Positions 39,273 to 51,900 of a stretch of 64,000 nt of DNA are shown piece by piece. The notes under the pieces are model-generated. The model had not been told where the DNA came from. It saw only the letters and a program-made list of their open reading frames with translations, and did no database searches. This DNA comes from Isurus oxyrinchus (lineage: Eukaryota): assembly GCA_026770705.1 (NCBI GenBank), contig JANJGN010000095.1:1736001-1800000 (forward strand). Reading direction: 5' to 3'. Within the stretch, counting starts at the first letter, position 1. Every line of letters starts with the position of its first letter. Made by a program: the position numbers and the translations under genes.

Positions 39273-40608
39273 CATGGACAAAGGGAAAAGGCGTGATCTG
39301 TCAGTGCTGAGAGCAGCATTTCCCCACCCGTTAAATGTTCTGTACAACTGCGTGATTTTAATAAGACCCAGTGCTTTGCAGGGCCATTTCAGGGGGACAG
39401 TTCAGAGCCCTGTGTCTGGAGTCACATGTTGACCAATCCATGGTCTTGATGACAGATCTGTAACCTGTGATCTGTGTCTGCTTCCGGTAATGGGACTGAT
39501 CGTTAATAAATGGAGTGTGAGCCTGATATCTGGCCTGGAATTCAGAAGCAGCATCTCCCGCACCTGCTGGAACCACATTTTCGTACGAGAAACAGACTAT
39601 GAAATTGTTTCCCCATTCGCAAAATCAATCCCTGTCCCTTTGTTCCTCTGAATGGAATTTCAGCAACGTAATATCTCACCGAAAGAAGCGCAATCTTCAA
39701 AGCTTTGAAAGCCCAGTGCAGATCAACGTTCTAATTTCGCACTCTCATACAGCCCGTAACAGATGAACAGCAATGTTTGCAGCAAAGCAGTGGGATATAA
39801 TTCACAACTTTGCATTGCAAAGCTTGGGTTAGAGTAGGCGTTGTGAATTGGTTGGTTAAAAAGCCTGTTGAATACACATAAGATTCTGCGTTCAAATCTT
39901 AGAGGTTCCTTTATCCGTTTTGTCGATTCATGGTTTTAAATTAAACCAATGATGTTCAGGAACAGCATTGAGAATTAGCCGCCTATATAATGAAGCCGAA
40001 TCGGACCATCGTTTCCTCGGGAGGTTCATGCAGAAGGATCATTTCGAAATATTGCCGGCGATAATTGTGAGCGAGGATTGAATGATTTATGCAACTGCGC
40101 GTTAGGCAGGAAAGAGCGGGGAGGGATAAGTGTTGGAGTTTCTTCGATGAAGGCCTTGGACTGACACTTCTATTTCCACTCCACACGTTGTGATTCGTTC
40201 AATTTAGAACATTGCTCCGAATGAGCTTTGATGTTTTTTCGTGCGATGGTATCATACTTTCCCACAACAAACACCGCATGAAATTGTTTAACTACCTGCG
40301 AAATCCATCTCGGGTCTTTTTAGCTTCCCACTACAATTGTACCTTCCAGGAATCTTTGCAATATTCAAAACCTTAAAGGACTAGTGCAGATATCTGGGTA
40401 TCAAGAGCTGTCACATCGCATGCCACTGGTCAGAGCGAGTAGTAATTGCAAGTTAGAAGATTTGTGAAATGAAACCAAAGGTAGCTGCCGGTCTGTCTGT
40501 GAGGGAAATACTCTGCATCGGGTGAATCAACAAATAAGGAAACACATAATAAGTTTGACTTGATTCTTGTTAAACAATGAAGATGGATATCGGGAAAGGC
40601 AGAGTGAA

Positions 40609-40669
40609 GCCTGGGTTGCTCAGTCGGTAGAGCATCTGAGGGTCCAGGGTTCAAATCCCTGTCTATGCG
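40609..40669 (+). pseudogene. tRNA-Lys(TTT)-type pseudogene with the anticodon arm deleted
   Basis: gcctgggttgctcagtcggtagagcatc-tgagggtccagggttcaaatccctgtctatgcg matches tRNA-Lys lacking agacttttaatc. Confidence 0.85.
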
Positions 40670-41576
40670 CTGCCAATTGACAGAAGGTGCTCGCTACCCG
40701 TGAAATGGCAAAAACCAACAATGCTACCTGAATTTTTGAAGGAGAGCTGAAGAAATGGAGTCATTGTCTTGATGTCCAAGAAAAGATCCAATTTTGAGAA
40801 TTGTTCCAGATACTCCAAGTGTGGAAAGTACTCGTTGACTTTCCTCTTGTTTGGCACTATCGCTGTGGAGCTGTGGCAGGAAGATATGTTAAAATTCAGC
40901 CCGGTTCCTGCCGCCGGGAGAATGGCTTCTCCGTGTTTAACCTAACAATTCATTTTAACAGGTTAGAAACCTCGATCAAATCACAAAGATAAAAGCAAAC
41001 TACCGCAGATGCGGGAAATCTGACACAAAAACAGAAAATGCTGGATCAGATCACACTTCATTGTTTAATAATCAAGAGAATAGAAAACAGTGAATCCCTG
41101 AAAGTAAAAACAACGAACAAGGAATGAGGAGAAGGCGTGGGATTGATCGTGGGCCAGCACAGAAAGGATGGGCCAAATGGCCTCTTCTTCTGTTGTACCC
41201 ATTCCATGATCCTTTGAATCTAGGATTATGAAACTTGACCTCCAAATATAAACTACTGAATTCTGGAATCCCACTGCTGAATCAACTCCGCTTCCATTCC
41301 AAGGTCAATATATTCCTCGTGTTCCCTGTGTGTGGCGTCTGTAAGAAAATGACAACAGCGGCAGGTGTGTCATGGATTTCCCGGCTTCTCAAACATTCAA
41401 GAATCTCCTGATTGAGTATCTCCATTCATTGAATGGATCAAGTCTCCATTCCTGAAAATTCTCACTTCACACTGCCTTACAGCCCCGTAGCAGGTGACGA
41501 ATTTCCAATGAGTTTGCAGCAAAATAGTGGAATACGCTTCAAAACATCGTTGCCTGGTGTTGTTTCGACTTTTTTT

Positions 41577-41646
41577 GCCGTTGGTTAGTGGATGATATCT
41601 TAGATCTAGTAATGGAGACGATCCTGTGTTCAAATCTCAAATGCGC
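41577..41646 (+). pseudogene. Decayed tRNA-Pro-like relic
   Basis: gccgttggttagtggatgat...gagacgatcctgtgttcaaatctc, then a T-run. Resembles tRNA-Pro GGCTCGTTGGTCTAGGGGTATGAT...GGTTCAAATCCC. Confidence 0.45.
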
Positions 41647-41827
41647 TTTTACTTATTTCAAATTCATCAGGCAAAGCACTGAGCATTTTTGAGTAGGTGG
41701 AAAGCGTTTAGAATGACGTGTAAATATAAAGAAGGACAATAGGATTGAAATTTCCTTTGAAGCGAACGTGCACCGTTGTCCTTAAGTATCGTTCCCTATT
41801 CAGTTCAGCCGAATGAACCAGTGGGTT

Positions 41828-41980
41828 CACGTTTCGAGTCTTCATGACCCTTCAAACCTTCATGAAGACTCGAAACGTCAACTCTTTTCTTCTCCGCCGA
41901 TGCTGCCAGACCTGCTGAGTTTTTCCAGGTAATTCTGTTTTTGTTTTGGATTTCCAGCATCCGCAGTTCTCTTTGTTTTT
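41828..41980 (+). mobile_element. Young Penelope-derived insertion with a perfect 12-bp TSD
   Basis: TSD aaccagtgggtt at 41816-41827 and 41981-41992. A 19-bp inverted repeat lies at 41829-41847 and 41860-41878. The empty paralogous site is at 9657-9668. Confidence 0.85.
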
Positions 41981-44900
41981 AACCAGTGGGTTTGTCGGGT
42001 TACACGAATGAAAACCGCTTTGGGGTTAGCGCAGAAGTTTTGCAGGAAATCCCATTTTTTCCCTCTTTGATCTGGATCCGCCTCACACACTTTCACAAAG
42101 AGAATCATTACGGATCAATCTTCGAAAACCTCGAGGGTTTTGAGAAGTAATTCTGGCAAAAAAAAACACCAGGCTTTAAAGACATCTCGATCAAACGCAA
42201 TACATTTCAGTGAATTTGGTTCTCCGCTTTCAATCCACCTGGAAACTGTTCTTGACATGAATCTCACTAAAATAGAGGGTGACCGTGTGGAATCTGCCAA
42301 CGTGTAGGTGATGCAATTTGGGCAATTGCAGCACTCTCAATTGGGACTAACACAGGACCCCAGGCTAGGATTGCTGCAATGCTTGGGACACATTGACAGC
42401 TTTTTCTTTTATTGCTTTGTGGATGTGAGAATCGCTGGTAAGGCCATCATTTATTTGTGGAGCCCCTTTCTCCAGTCAGTGTTAAATTGACCACTATCAT
42501 TCAGGACTGGATATAACAGGATTACAGAGCTTCAACCTGACCTGTTGGTTATGGGGTTAATTTGAAAGCGATTGTCTGTGAGGACAGGAGTCAGAATTTT
42601 CCTGGCACAAAACTCATTCGGAGAAGTGGGGCAGACAAATTGGTTCGAATGACCCCCTCCTGCGTTGTAACATTTCTGAGTTTCTGTAATTCTGTGAGTA
42701 AAATAAGGAAAGAAAAGATGTGCCTAGGTGAGGTTGCGAATGGCAGCACAGCAACCGCCCGAACGTAACATGGAGAATAAAGATAGAAACCTCACAGACC
42801 AAACCGGCAGGAAGAAAATAATACACCCTGGAAACAACATGGAGGCAGATGCTAGGGTGTAAAATCATTGAACTCAATGTTGAGTCCAGAGGGCTGCAGT
42901 TGGAAGATGAGGTGTGCTCCTTGGAATTTTGCTGTTGTTAACGTCATTTAGTCCCGAGAACACGTTCAGTGACATTGTGCCTGATTGGAGAGGAGCTGCA
43001 TATGTTCGCTTTTGTCTCATATTCCCTCATACCCTCTCATAAAACAATACGAATCTTAGGTTGTAAATACAACAATCGATCGATCATTAGTTTCCACGTC
43101 CAGAGGGAGCTCTGAAGTTCCAGCGCTCTTTCTGTGTAGAATTGTTTCTCAATTTCCATTCTGTCTTTAGATTTATGACTGTGGCCCTTAGTCCAGATTC
43201 CCAGGAAACGGAAATAGGTTCTGGCACTGATTTTATGTTTCGCTTGGCATCTGGAATTCTTGGATCAAATCAGTGCATGAATCATGAAGGACGATTCGTT
43301 GCAGGGACAGCCAGTGTCTTCCACGGGTTTAGCTGTGTTTTACTTTCGGGAATTGAGGAGCACGAGGAAGGAGTTCAAGAAGCAAACGGTTTTGCAGAGC
43401 AAGAAAGTTGAAAGATTGGCGACAAGCTAGAGTGAGGGATTTGAATGGAGATCAGGATTTTTTCCAAAATGCCTTCAGATAGAGAAGGAAAGCAGTACAG
43501 ATACTGGAAAACTGAGATCAAAATAAACAGAACATTCTGGAAATATTCAACTGCTCATAGAGCATGTATGGAGACAAAAGGTGACCTGTTCAGGTCGATG
43601 ACTTTATATCAAAATTGAAGAAAGATGTGAATATAACAGGGTTTAAAGCAGTGGAGTGCGGAAGTAGGTGGAATGTGCATAAGAGAATTTCAATGAGGAT
43701 CGAGGGCGTGGGAAAGGATTCATGGTTACAAAAATACACAATGGCTGTTGGAAAGAAAGCAAAAGAGATGCGTCCATATAAGTTTGTGAATGACCACTTA
43801 GCAGCGGTCCGAATGTAACATGAAGGAATAAAGAAAGAAACGTGACCAAACAATGTTGAAGCAGATGTTCTGATCTAAAATTGTTGAACTGAATGTTCAG
43901 TCCAGAAGGCTCTATCCTACTCAATTGGGTGACCAGGGGCAGTTCCTCGAGCTTTGTTCTTGTTGAGATCCTTTATTAGCTGGAGCATGTTCTGTTATTC
44001 TGAGATCATGGGTGTTTGGTGACTACTTCAATATGACCGTTTTTCGCTCATATTCCTTTAAACCCACTTTTAAGAAGACTCTTTGAATCTCAGATTTAAA
44101 ATAAAGCAATGGGTTCGATATTCATTACCGTAATCAGAAGCTCCAGCGTCATTTGTGTATAGAATTACATTTTAATTCCCCTGTTAAAATCTCTGGCTTT
44201 AATTCTTTGACTGTGACCTGGGTCCTAGATTCCCAGTCAGCAGATGTAGTTTGTGGGCCGATCTTATCCGTTCAACGCCACAAATAAAAGTATCAAATCC
44301 CCCCTGCAATCATGAGGAAGGACTTCGGTAAAGGGACAGTCAATGGGTTAAATGTTGGGACTGAGCTCTTGTTTAGTGTCGGGAATTGAAGAGGGTTAGG
44401 AGGGAGCTCAAGAGACAGAGGTACAGAGGAAGAAAACTGAAAGATTGGCGAGGAGGAAGAGCGCGCGATATAAATGACGTTCAACATTTTTCAAATATTG
44501 CTCAATGAAAGACCAAAAGAGAAATTAATCTCTGAGCCAAGGAGCTGCTGATCCGTGCAGTGACCATAAAATAGAATTGAAATTTGCAGAACCATGGGTT
44601 TTACTCAGGGAGAGGTAATGGGAAAGCAGATAAATAAAGATGGAGGATGATTGGCAAGATACTAAACAGCTGTCGTCCGGAAACAAGAATAGAAGGGAGA
44701 AAGTAAATATTAAATCCAAAAAAGAAAATGGTGGCAGAGATTAGAATGTAATTCAATCTGTCATGTTCATGTCACCCTTTTCAAGATGCACTTTTGCCAT
44801 CAGATTATTAATGAATTCTGGCTCGTTACTCATTACTAAATAGAGTATGGCCAGTTCCTCTCGGTTTCAAAGTGTCTTGTTTCAGCAAACTGCTTTGGAT

Positions 44901-45160
44901 TGAAGCTACCGATTCACCGATTTTTCGGATATTCTAATTCAAACCAGTTTAGGTGAAATAAAAACAGTTTTTTATGCTAAAACACACACAGGAATGTCGT
45001 CCAACTATTGACACACATTTTCTCACACTCTCAAACACCTTTGAAAACAACTGCTGTTCCTTTATTTGCACAAAATGTTTACTTTATATCAACAAATTTC
45101 CAATTCTAAAGCCGTTTCCAATTTTGTGTGCTTACTTTGTGTTAATTTGTAATAAAATAC

Positions 45161-45224
45161 CTCCGCGTCAGGGAATTGTCTCCCCCTTGACAGGCGGGGA
45201 TACTGACCACCATTGTAACGAGGA
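45161..45224 (-). pseudogene. tRNA-Asp(GTC) pseudogene with the B box deleted
   Basis: Reverse complement tcctcgttacaatggtggtcagtatccccgcctGTCaagggggagac-aattccctgacgcggag. Confidence 0.85.
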
Positions 45225-45412
45225 ATACACAGAAATTATTCGAAGTAAAGGAACCTGGGGTTAGCTTCACACATTAACAAATGAAATTGAATAGTTGGTC
45301 TTACGTAGGGCTGCAGGGGGTGCCGGCTTTCTTCAGTGATCCCAGAGAGAAGGATGGCAGGATAACTTCCATAAGTGAAGTCACAGTGTCTCATTTCCAA
45401 TCTGGGTTTTAT

Positions 45413-45622
45413 GAAACAAAAACAAAACATGCTGGAAAAACTCAGCAGCTCTGACAGAATCTGTAGTGAGAAAGACAGAGTTACTTTTTCGAGTCAATAG
45501 CGTCTTATGGACTTGAACCGTGAACTCTGCCTTTGTCTCCACAGATGCTTTCAGAGGTGCTGAGTTTATCCAGCATTTTTTGTTTTTGTTTCAGATTTCC
45601 AGCGTCCACAGTATTTTACCTT
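45413..45622 (+). mobile_element. Older Penelope-derived palindrome (similar relics near 6890-7080, 24420-24550, 33535-33690, 52060-52230, 59095-59260 and 62150-62258)
   Basis: Inverted arms gaaacaaaaacaaaacatgctggaaaaactcagc and gctgagtttatccagcattttttgtttttgtttc, with a degenerate flanking duplication ctgggttttatg / ctggacttaatg. Confidence 0.7.
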
Positions 45623-46581
45623 TAGCCTGGACTTAATGATACTTATAACCCACAGATTGACAGAATTATTGAACAATAGAAATGGAGTGGTCCCATGCTC
45701 AATACAGTTATATGGTGAAGAATTCCTTGTGAGTATAGTGGTTCCATTTCTGAATGAGAACATGCGGCCGACAGTGAGACCTGCGCATATAATACTCACA
45801 TTACATTTCCAGGAAAGTTGCCAATTTCGGCGATCGCCAGACTTCCGATTTTATTTATTAATTTCAATTTATTTATTTCAGGATTTTTGTTTATCAAAGC
45901 TTCCCCGCCACTGATTGGTCTGTAATAGGCAGGTTGATTTCCTCCCGTTTTTTGAATATGGATGGAACATTGTCAATCCACAAGTCCTCTGGCACCAATG
46001 AATGACTCTCTCTCTCTCTCTCTCTTACCACATCGCTATCGCTACTTCCCTTTCTCCCATATATTTTTACATTTGCAGTTTGAGGTTTTATATGTACTTG
46101 ATAGTTTTTACACAGAACGATAATTATTCTCGTTTGGGTGAGTCAGATCTATGACAACACATTCTGCAATATGATTATGATCAATAATTACTTATTCTAA
46201 TTATGTGGATGAATATTGCTTACAGTATTCCAAATGTGATTAAGTCTGAGGCCGATATCTGTGGCACGAGGGTACAGAACACATTTGTAGGGTGGGTTGT
46301 CGGTGAGCTCCAGTCCATTGTTTGTTGTAGAAACGGTTTGTTGTAATTTCAGTCTGGCTAGAATTGATTAGATGAATAGTTTACGAATGATTGATTAGAT
46401 TACTAATCCATTGGTATTGCAATCAAGAGTAATGGAGAAACCACAAATTGGCATATGAGTTGTTCTCTATGATCCACTACTTGTGAGCATGTTCACCAGA
46501 AAGTCGAGGGCGAGGACATAATGCGACCTCTCACTGAGACCTGAGTTCACATAATGGAGGGAGGGTTCCACAAAGACTCAC

Positions 46582-48943
46582 CCACTTTTCATCTACAGGC
46601 CCGCTGTCAGTGCCAACATTGCCCCCCAAGAGAGCAACAATGCTTCGTATGAACTGCAGCTTTCCAGGAATCACAGCTTCAGCGGGGAGAGGAAAGTCAG
46701 AGGTTACTTTCTCTGTCTACGCAGAGGAATCCAAAGGCTATGAATGCAGCAGGTATGAGATGGGTGGTGAATGGGGAGGTGGCGGGGATGATCCACATAC
46801 ATTGCACGACATCCAATTGCAGAACCTGCACCAGGTTTAGGGGTGGCCAATTCCAAATCACACAACACCGGTTCAGGTGTCTCAAATAATCCATCATAAT
46901 GTGCAGGGAGACAACAACCCCACACTGTATTGTGTTGTCCTTGTCCATAAGTTAAACTGGAGCTGCAATATCTCGTTCTCTGTAAGCAGTACATCATTCT
47001 CCTGCCTCAGGGTTTCCATTTCACACAGAATCTCTCGTAGGCCAGTATGTGCTTGTCCACCGAAAACACCTGGGTGTCTGACGCCTGGTATTTAAGGATG
47101 TGGCTAAAGTGGTGTTGGATCTGTGATGCTGGCCCGTCCATGTCCATTTCCCACCCATGTAGGTTCAGCTGCTGCCAAATGAAACTCAGCCTGATGTGGC
47201 TGTGAACATTGGCCTGATGTGTGACTGTTTTCAATCTGACTGACAGCGGAACGTTAAACCTTATGCTCACGTTCCCTTACCACCAACTCTCTGGATGGCT
47301 CACTTGGCTCCTTTCAGTTGTCACTGTACACACTGTCCGTTTTCACCAATTTTGACCACTGTTCGTGCCACTGCTGGAGGATGAAACAATCCTGATGACA
47401 GGTAATTCCACCTTTTCCTCCTCATCTTCCAGCTTGTTCACTATTCCTGCACACAGCAGTCGGCTAGTCTCCAAACTAGGCCCGGGAGAATGGCAGTATT
47501 TGACTTTGTTTCTGTGGTGAGCCACATCCAGTGCCATGTCGACAAGAGACAGGAGGTTGCACACTGACCTTGGTCTTCAAATGATTCATCTTCTGTCTGC
47601 TCGCTCAGCTGCAGATGAACAGTGTGCTGGACAATCGTCAGCTCTTTCCTTAACTCTGTAAATGTAACATCGGAATGTCTGAAAAATCAGCCAATTCATA
47701 ATGAATAGGATTAACTAGAAGGATTATTTGTTCATCGCTTATTGCAGCTTTTAGTATCTGCCTCAGTAACAGTGCAATGATCATTGCTTGTGCTGTGCTC
47801 TGCAGCCAAACACATAAATCAGGCATCCGAGTTCACAATTGCAGGTGGATAAGGCCATTGTTTGAGCGGTGTTGGCTCATACCAAACAGGTCGCCCGTAA
47901 ATCCACCAATGGCAAAGCACCCAGGAAGCAGCTGGCCACCAAGGCAGCCCGGAAATGTGCCCCCGCCACTGGCGAATTGAAGAAACCTCATTGCTACAGG
48001 CCGGGTAAAGTCGCACTCTGAGAAATACGCCGTTACCAGAATTCCATATAGAGTGGCTTATCCAAAACCTGATGAGGGAAATTGTCCAGGGCTTCTAAAC
48101 TAACCTGTGGTTTCAGAGTGCTGCAATTGGGGCTTTGGAGGAAGCCAGTGAGGCCTACTTGGTTGGCCTGTTTGAGGAGACCAACCTGTGTGCCATCCAT
48201 GTCAAAAAGTGATCGTAATGCCCAAACGCCCCCAGTTGGCAAGACTGATCCCGAGGGAGCATGATTCATTATATTTTCTCCAGACGATTTTGAAGTGACA
48301 TTCAAACAATTTCTAAAGCATTATTGGACTGTAATCTTGGCTTCTTGTGGAGGCTGGGCCTTTATTGTATACGTTTGTTAGTATTGAGTATGATCATGTC
48401 TTAATGTGGAAGTTGCAAAATGTTTCGCAAACATTCCTTCGAACTCTTGGCTCAGTTTGAAAAATAAAACATTTTATCTTTAAAGATATAATAAAAGAAA
48501 ATTGTGGAGTGTGATCTATACATGCACGTCTAAATGGGCATATCGAAAAAAACGATTGAGCCGAGTTATTTTGTAAGCAGTTTTTTTGGCTAGTTTTACA
48601 CTCTACATTGCTTGCCAGCCCCCCAGGCCTATTCACTAACCTTGCTTTCCCCTGTCAAATACGCTCAACTTCACTGCGGCCTTCCCTATCTTACAGTCGG
48701 AGAAAATAAAGAACAAATCTTCCATCTTAGTCTCAAAATCTTCCCCAAGAACTTCCCTCGCCCCTTCTATTTGACCAGGCCCGGCGCCCCTTCCTCACGA
48801 TCCTGGTCGCTCTGGGCAGACAGCGGCTCAATCCTAGTCAGCAGCTCAGCGATCCAAAACACCAGCCACAACTTTCAAGTCACTGCAGCTGGATCTGCCG
48901 GGGGCGCCGAGTGCTCGGCAGCAATAAGGTCAATGATGTCCAG
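46582..48943 (-). pseudogene. BEN-domain gene copy 3, 5' exons only
   Basis: LVFWIAELLTRIEPLSAQSDQDREEGAPGLVK*KGRGKFLGKILRL; coiled-coil-like EMETLRQENDVLLTENEILQLQF; exon VTSDFPLPAEAVIPGKLQFIRSIVALLGGNVGTDSGPVDEKW with a GTGAGT donor at 46581. Confidence 0.7.
47872..48268 (+). pseudogene. Processed histone H3.3 pseudogene (duplicate of 3002-3413)
   Basis: TTG start, [14 protein letters not shown]...[30 protein letters not shown], with an internal deletion. AATAAA at 48463-48468. Confidence 0.88.
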
Positions 48944-51900
48944 GTGGACGAAAGAGATGTTAATAATAGTGGACAAAGCCTGATAGGAACCTGCTGAGCG
49001 AATCAGATGGGCATTGGTCTGAATGGCAGCAATGGTCAGAAAAGACTGGAAATTAGTGGCAGTGGCAGGAAGCTAAAAGATCTTGGAACACCTTATGACA
49101 AGGATTGGAGTGATTATACAATTTTGTGCGATCTCTGTTGAAATGCAAGCGTTTCTACACCATTTTCAACTGAGTGTAATTATTAAAGTTCAAGCGGGTG
49201 GAAATATTCTGTCCTCTTTAAACTAAGTTGAAGAAAACATCTGTCTGTATCCGGGTATGGGACTGAGATAGGCTGCAAACAAATAATGCTTGAATAAAAC
49301 ACGAACAGCAGATGAAGAGACTGTCACTGTTGATATAAAAACGTGAGGATCATTTTATTAGTAAAAAATCAGGGTCGATGTTTCAAGACAGTTCCTCCCC
49401 ATTTTCACCCGCCTCCTCCACTAAAAACAATTCCACGCTGGTCTTGCTTCCCTCCTCCCTGCCTCTATCATCATGCCGTCCTAGCTCCCACTCTCCCATC
49501 TGCGTGCTGGCCTGACTCCACCCTGCCCTTCCCCAATATCACAATAATTGTTTGCATTCTCCACTCCTCCCTCTCTCGGGATCCATATGGTCCCGGCCTC
49601 GCCCTTCACCCGCGTCCGATTTAAAAAGTTTTGTACTCTCCCAGCTCGGGAGTGAGGCTCCAACCTCACGCATTCTCGGTCCCGCTCACTCCCCATCGAC
49701 ATGGAACTGCTTCACTTACTGATATCTAGCAGAAATAGGGCACCGAGCAGCGCAGGAAGTGGGAATACCCCTGGGAGCAGCAGGTACTGGGGTAGTGGCT
49801 TCCAAACCACACAAAGGGTTTTTAATGTGATCACCTTTGTGTGGCTGGGAGGAGCAGAGGCCAATCCTCTAATACTGACCGTCCCAGGCACAGGTTGCAT
49901 TCCCACTTCCTGTCCCGGAGCAAGAGGGGATTAGATGATAGTTGGAAGATAAACAACGTGCAGGGTTATTGGGAGAAGGCAGGAGAATGGCACCAGGTGA
50001 AATGTTCATGTTTTAAAATTCTATATAAATTGTAGTTCGTTCTGCCATCGCTTTCAAACTTTACCGACGGGAATATCTCGGCAATCACAACATTCTTAAA
50101 GTGACACCTGAGACGTGAACATCCGGAAAGGTGGGTACGAAAGTGAGTATGACACAGATGTAGGTCGGAAAGTAAGGTGTGAAGGGGACGTAATGATATA
50201 GATAAGTTACGTGATTGGACAAAGACCTGGCAAATGTGGTATAAAGTAGTAAAACATGAGGTTTCCCATTTTGGCAGGATGAACAAAAAAGAGGCACATA
50301 ATCCAAACGGTGAGAGATTGCAGAACCATGAGATGCAGAGGGGTCAGGGTGTCCTAGTGCATGAACCATTTTGTTTATTTCTGCTGCAAAACTCTCCAAT
50401 ACCATTGAAATTTGAATGATCCAGAGTCCCAGGGCAGATCCTTCCTTTTCCTGAGGCCAGTATGGTTGCATTTGAAAAGGCCTCATTTGCTAACAAAAAA
50501 GCCTCAGTTTCGAATTAAACCTTTTTTTTTTTTATTGCTGCAACTTTCGTGCTGTCTCGCCCATTCGCTGACATGTTCTCTACTTTTCTGCTGAAATCTT
50601 AAGATCAGGGCAATCTTTCCATTTAATTCTCACTTCAAAGCTGGGTAAGGCAGCAGAGTCATCCTCTGACAGGGAAACCGTTTTGTTTTAAGCAAGAGGG
50701 ACTCAGAAATCATGCGAGGAGAGCGGACACGGAAACACAGGGGCAATATTCTAACCCACCAGTCCCTTTCACACACACTCTCTGACATAATGTTGAGCTC
50801 TGCACTTTCACAGGACAAACTGTTGCCAGATTGACAGATCCATTGATAGGCTTCCCTCTCTGCACGGCTTGTTCTATGGATTCTTAGGGGTTAGTTGTAG
50901 TTTCCCAGGTCTGCTCAAAGTGCCTGTTCCTCAGATTCAGGACTGAAACCAATCACAGCTCTAGTTGGATTAACACAGATCTAATTTTATGTTGTTAAAT
51001 TGTTCACAGGCAGAAATACCTTTGATTAAGATGGGGGAAAAAAAAACAAATTGTACGCTCTAGCCCTCCCATATTCATATCCCACTTTGTTTTACAGTAC
51101 AAGAGATAAAAGAGAGAGCGCGGAGTGATAGACAGAAACAGGGTGCGTTCAGGCAATGAGAAACAGACTGTCAGACAAAGTAACTGTTCCAGGAAGCCTT
51201 GTACAGTCTAATTTAACATAAAAATCCTGAACTGGAGAGGTAGAAGATGCAGCCTCATCTATCACGGATATTGTACCAGAGACAAAGATGGTATTAATCT
51301 TACACTCAGGGGCAGTGCCAGCGAGTGAACGAAAGTCGCTTCCCTGCTGAAATCTCTGCCGTCTTTCAGGTCAGAGTTGCTGTGTATTGCTCTCAGTAAC
51401 CGAATGTTTCACTTCAATTATGTGAATCTGGGAGCCCCATGTCAGATATTAACTATTGCACAATCCTAGCAAACCTACCAATTTCCTGACTCCTCCCATG
51501 TTTCTGCAGGATGGCTTTGTGAAAATGAGCTCGTGAGCAGCTAATCCCTGCAGGAATGATCCCAAATTGAGCTTCTTAAACGGACAAGCCCCACTTTTCA
51601 TTGTTCTCTAACATTTTCCACATCTTCAGTCCTTTTGTTCAGATATTGGTCAAAGTAAATTGCGAAAAAATGTTGATTTTAATTGCTGATTCAATGCGGA
51701 AATCCACGCATGAGGTATTTAGTCCCAAACTGAACGCTGATTGCTCGTGAGTTGGAGACTGATCAATACAGAATTAATCCTAGACTCACGGAGAGTGCCA
51801 GAGATTCATATTGATAAAATCAATCCCACAATCATAGACAGTACCAGAGATTGATATTTACAGGCTCAAATCCAAAATGATAGAGAGAACCAGAGACTGC

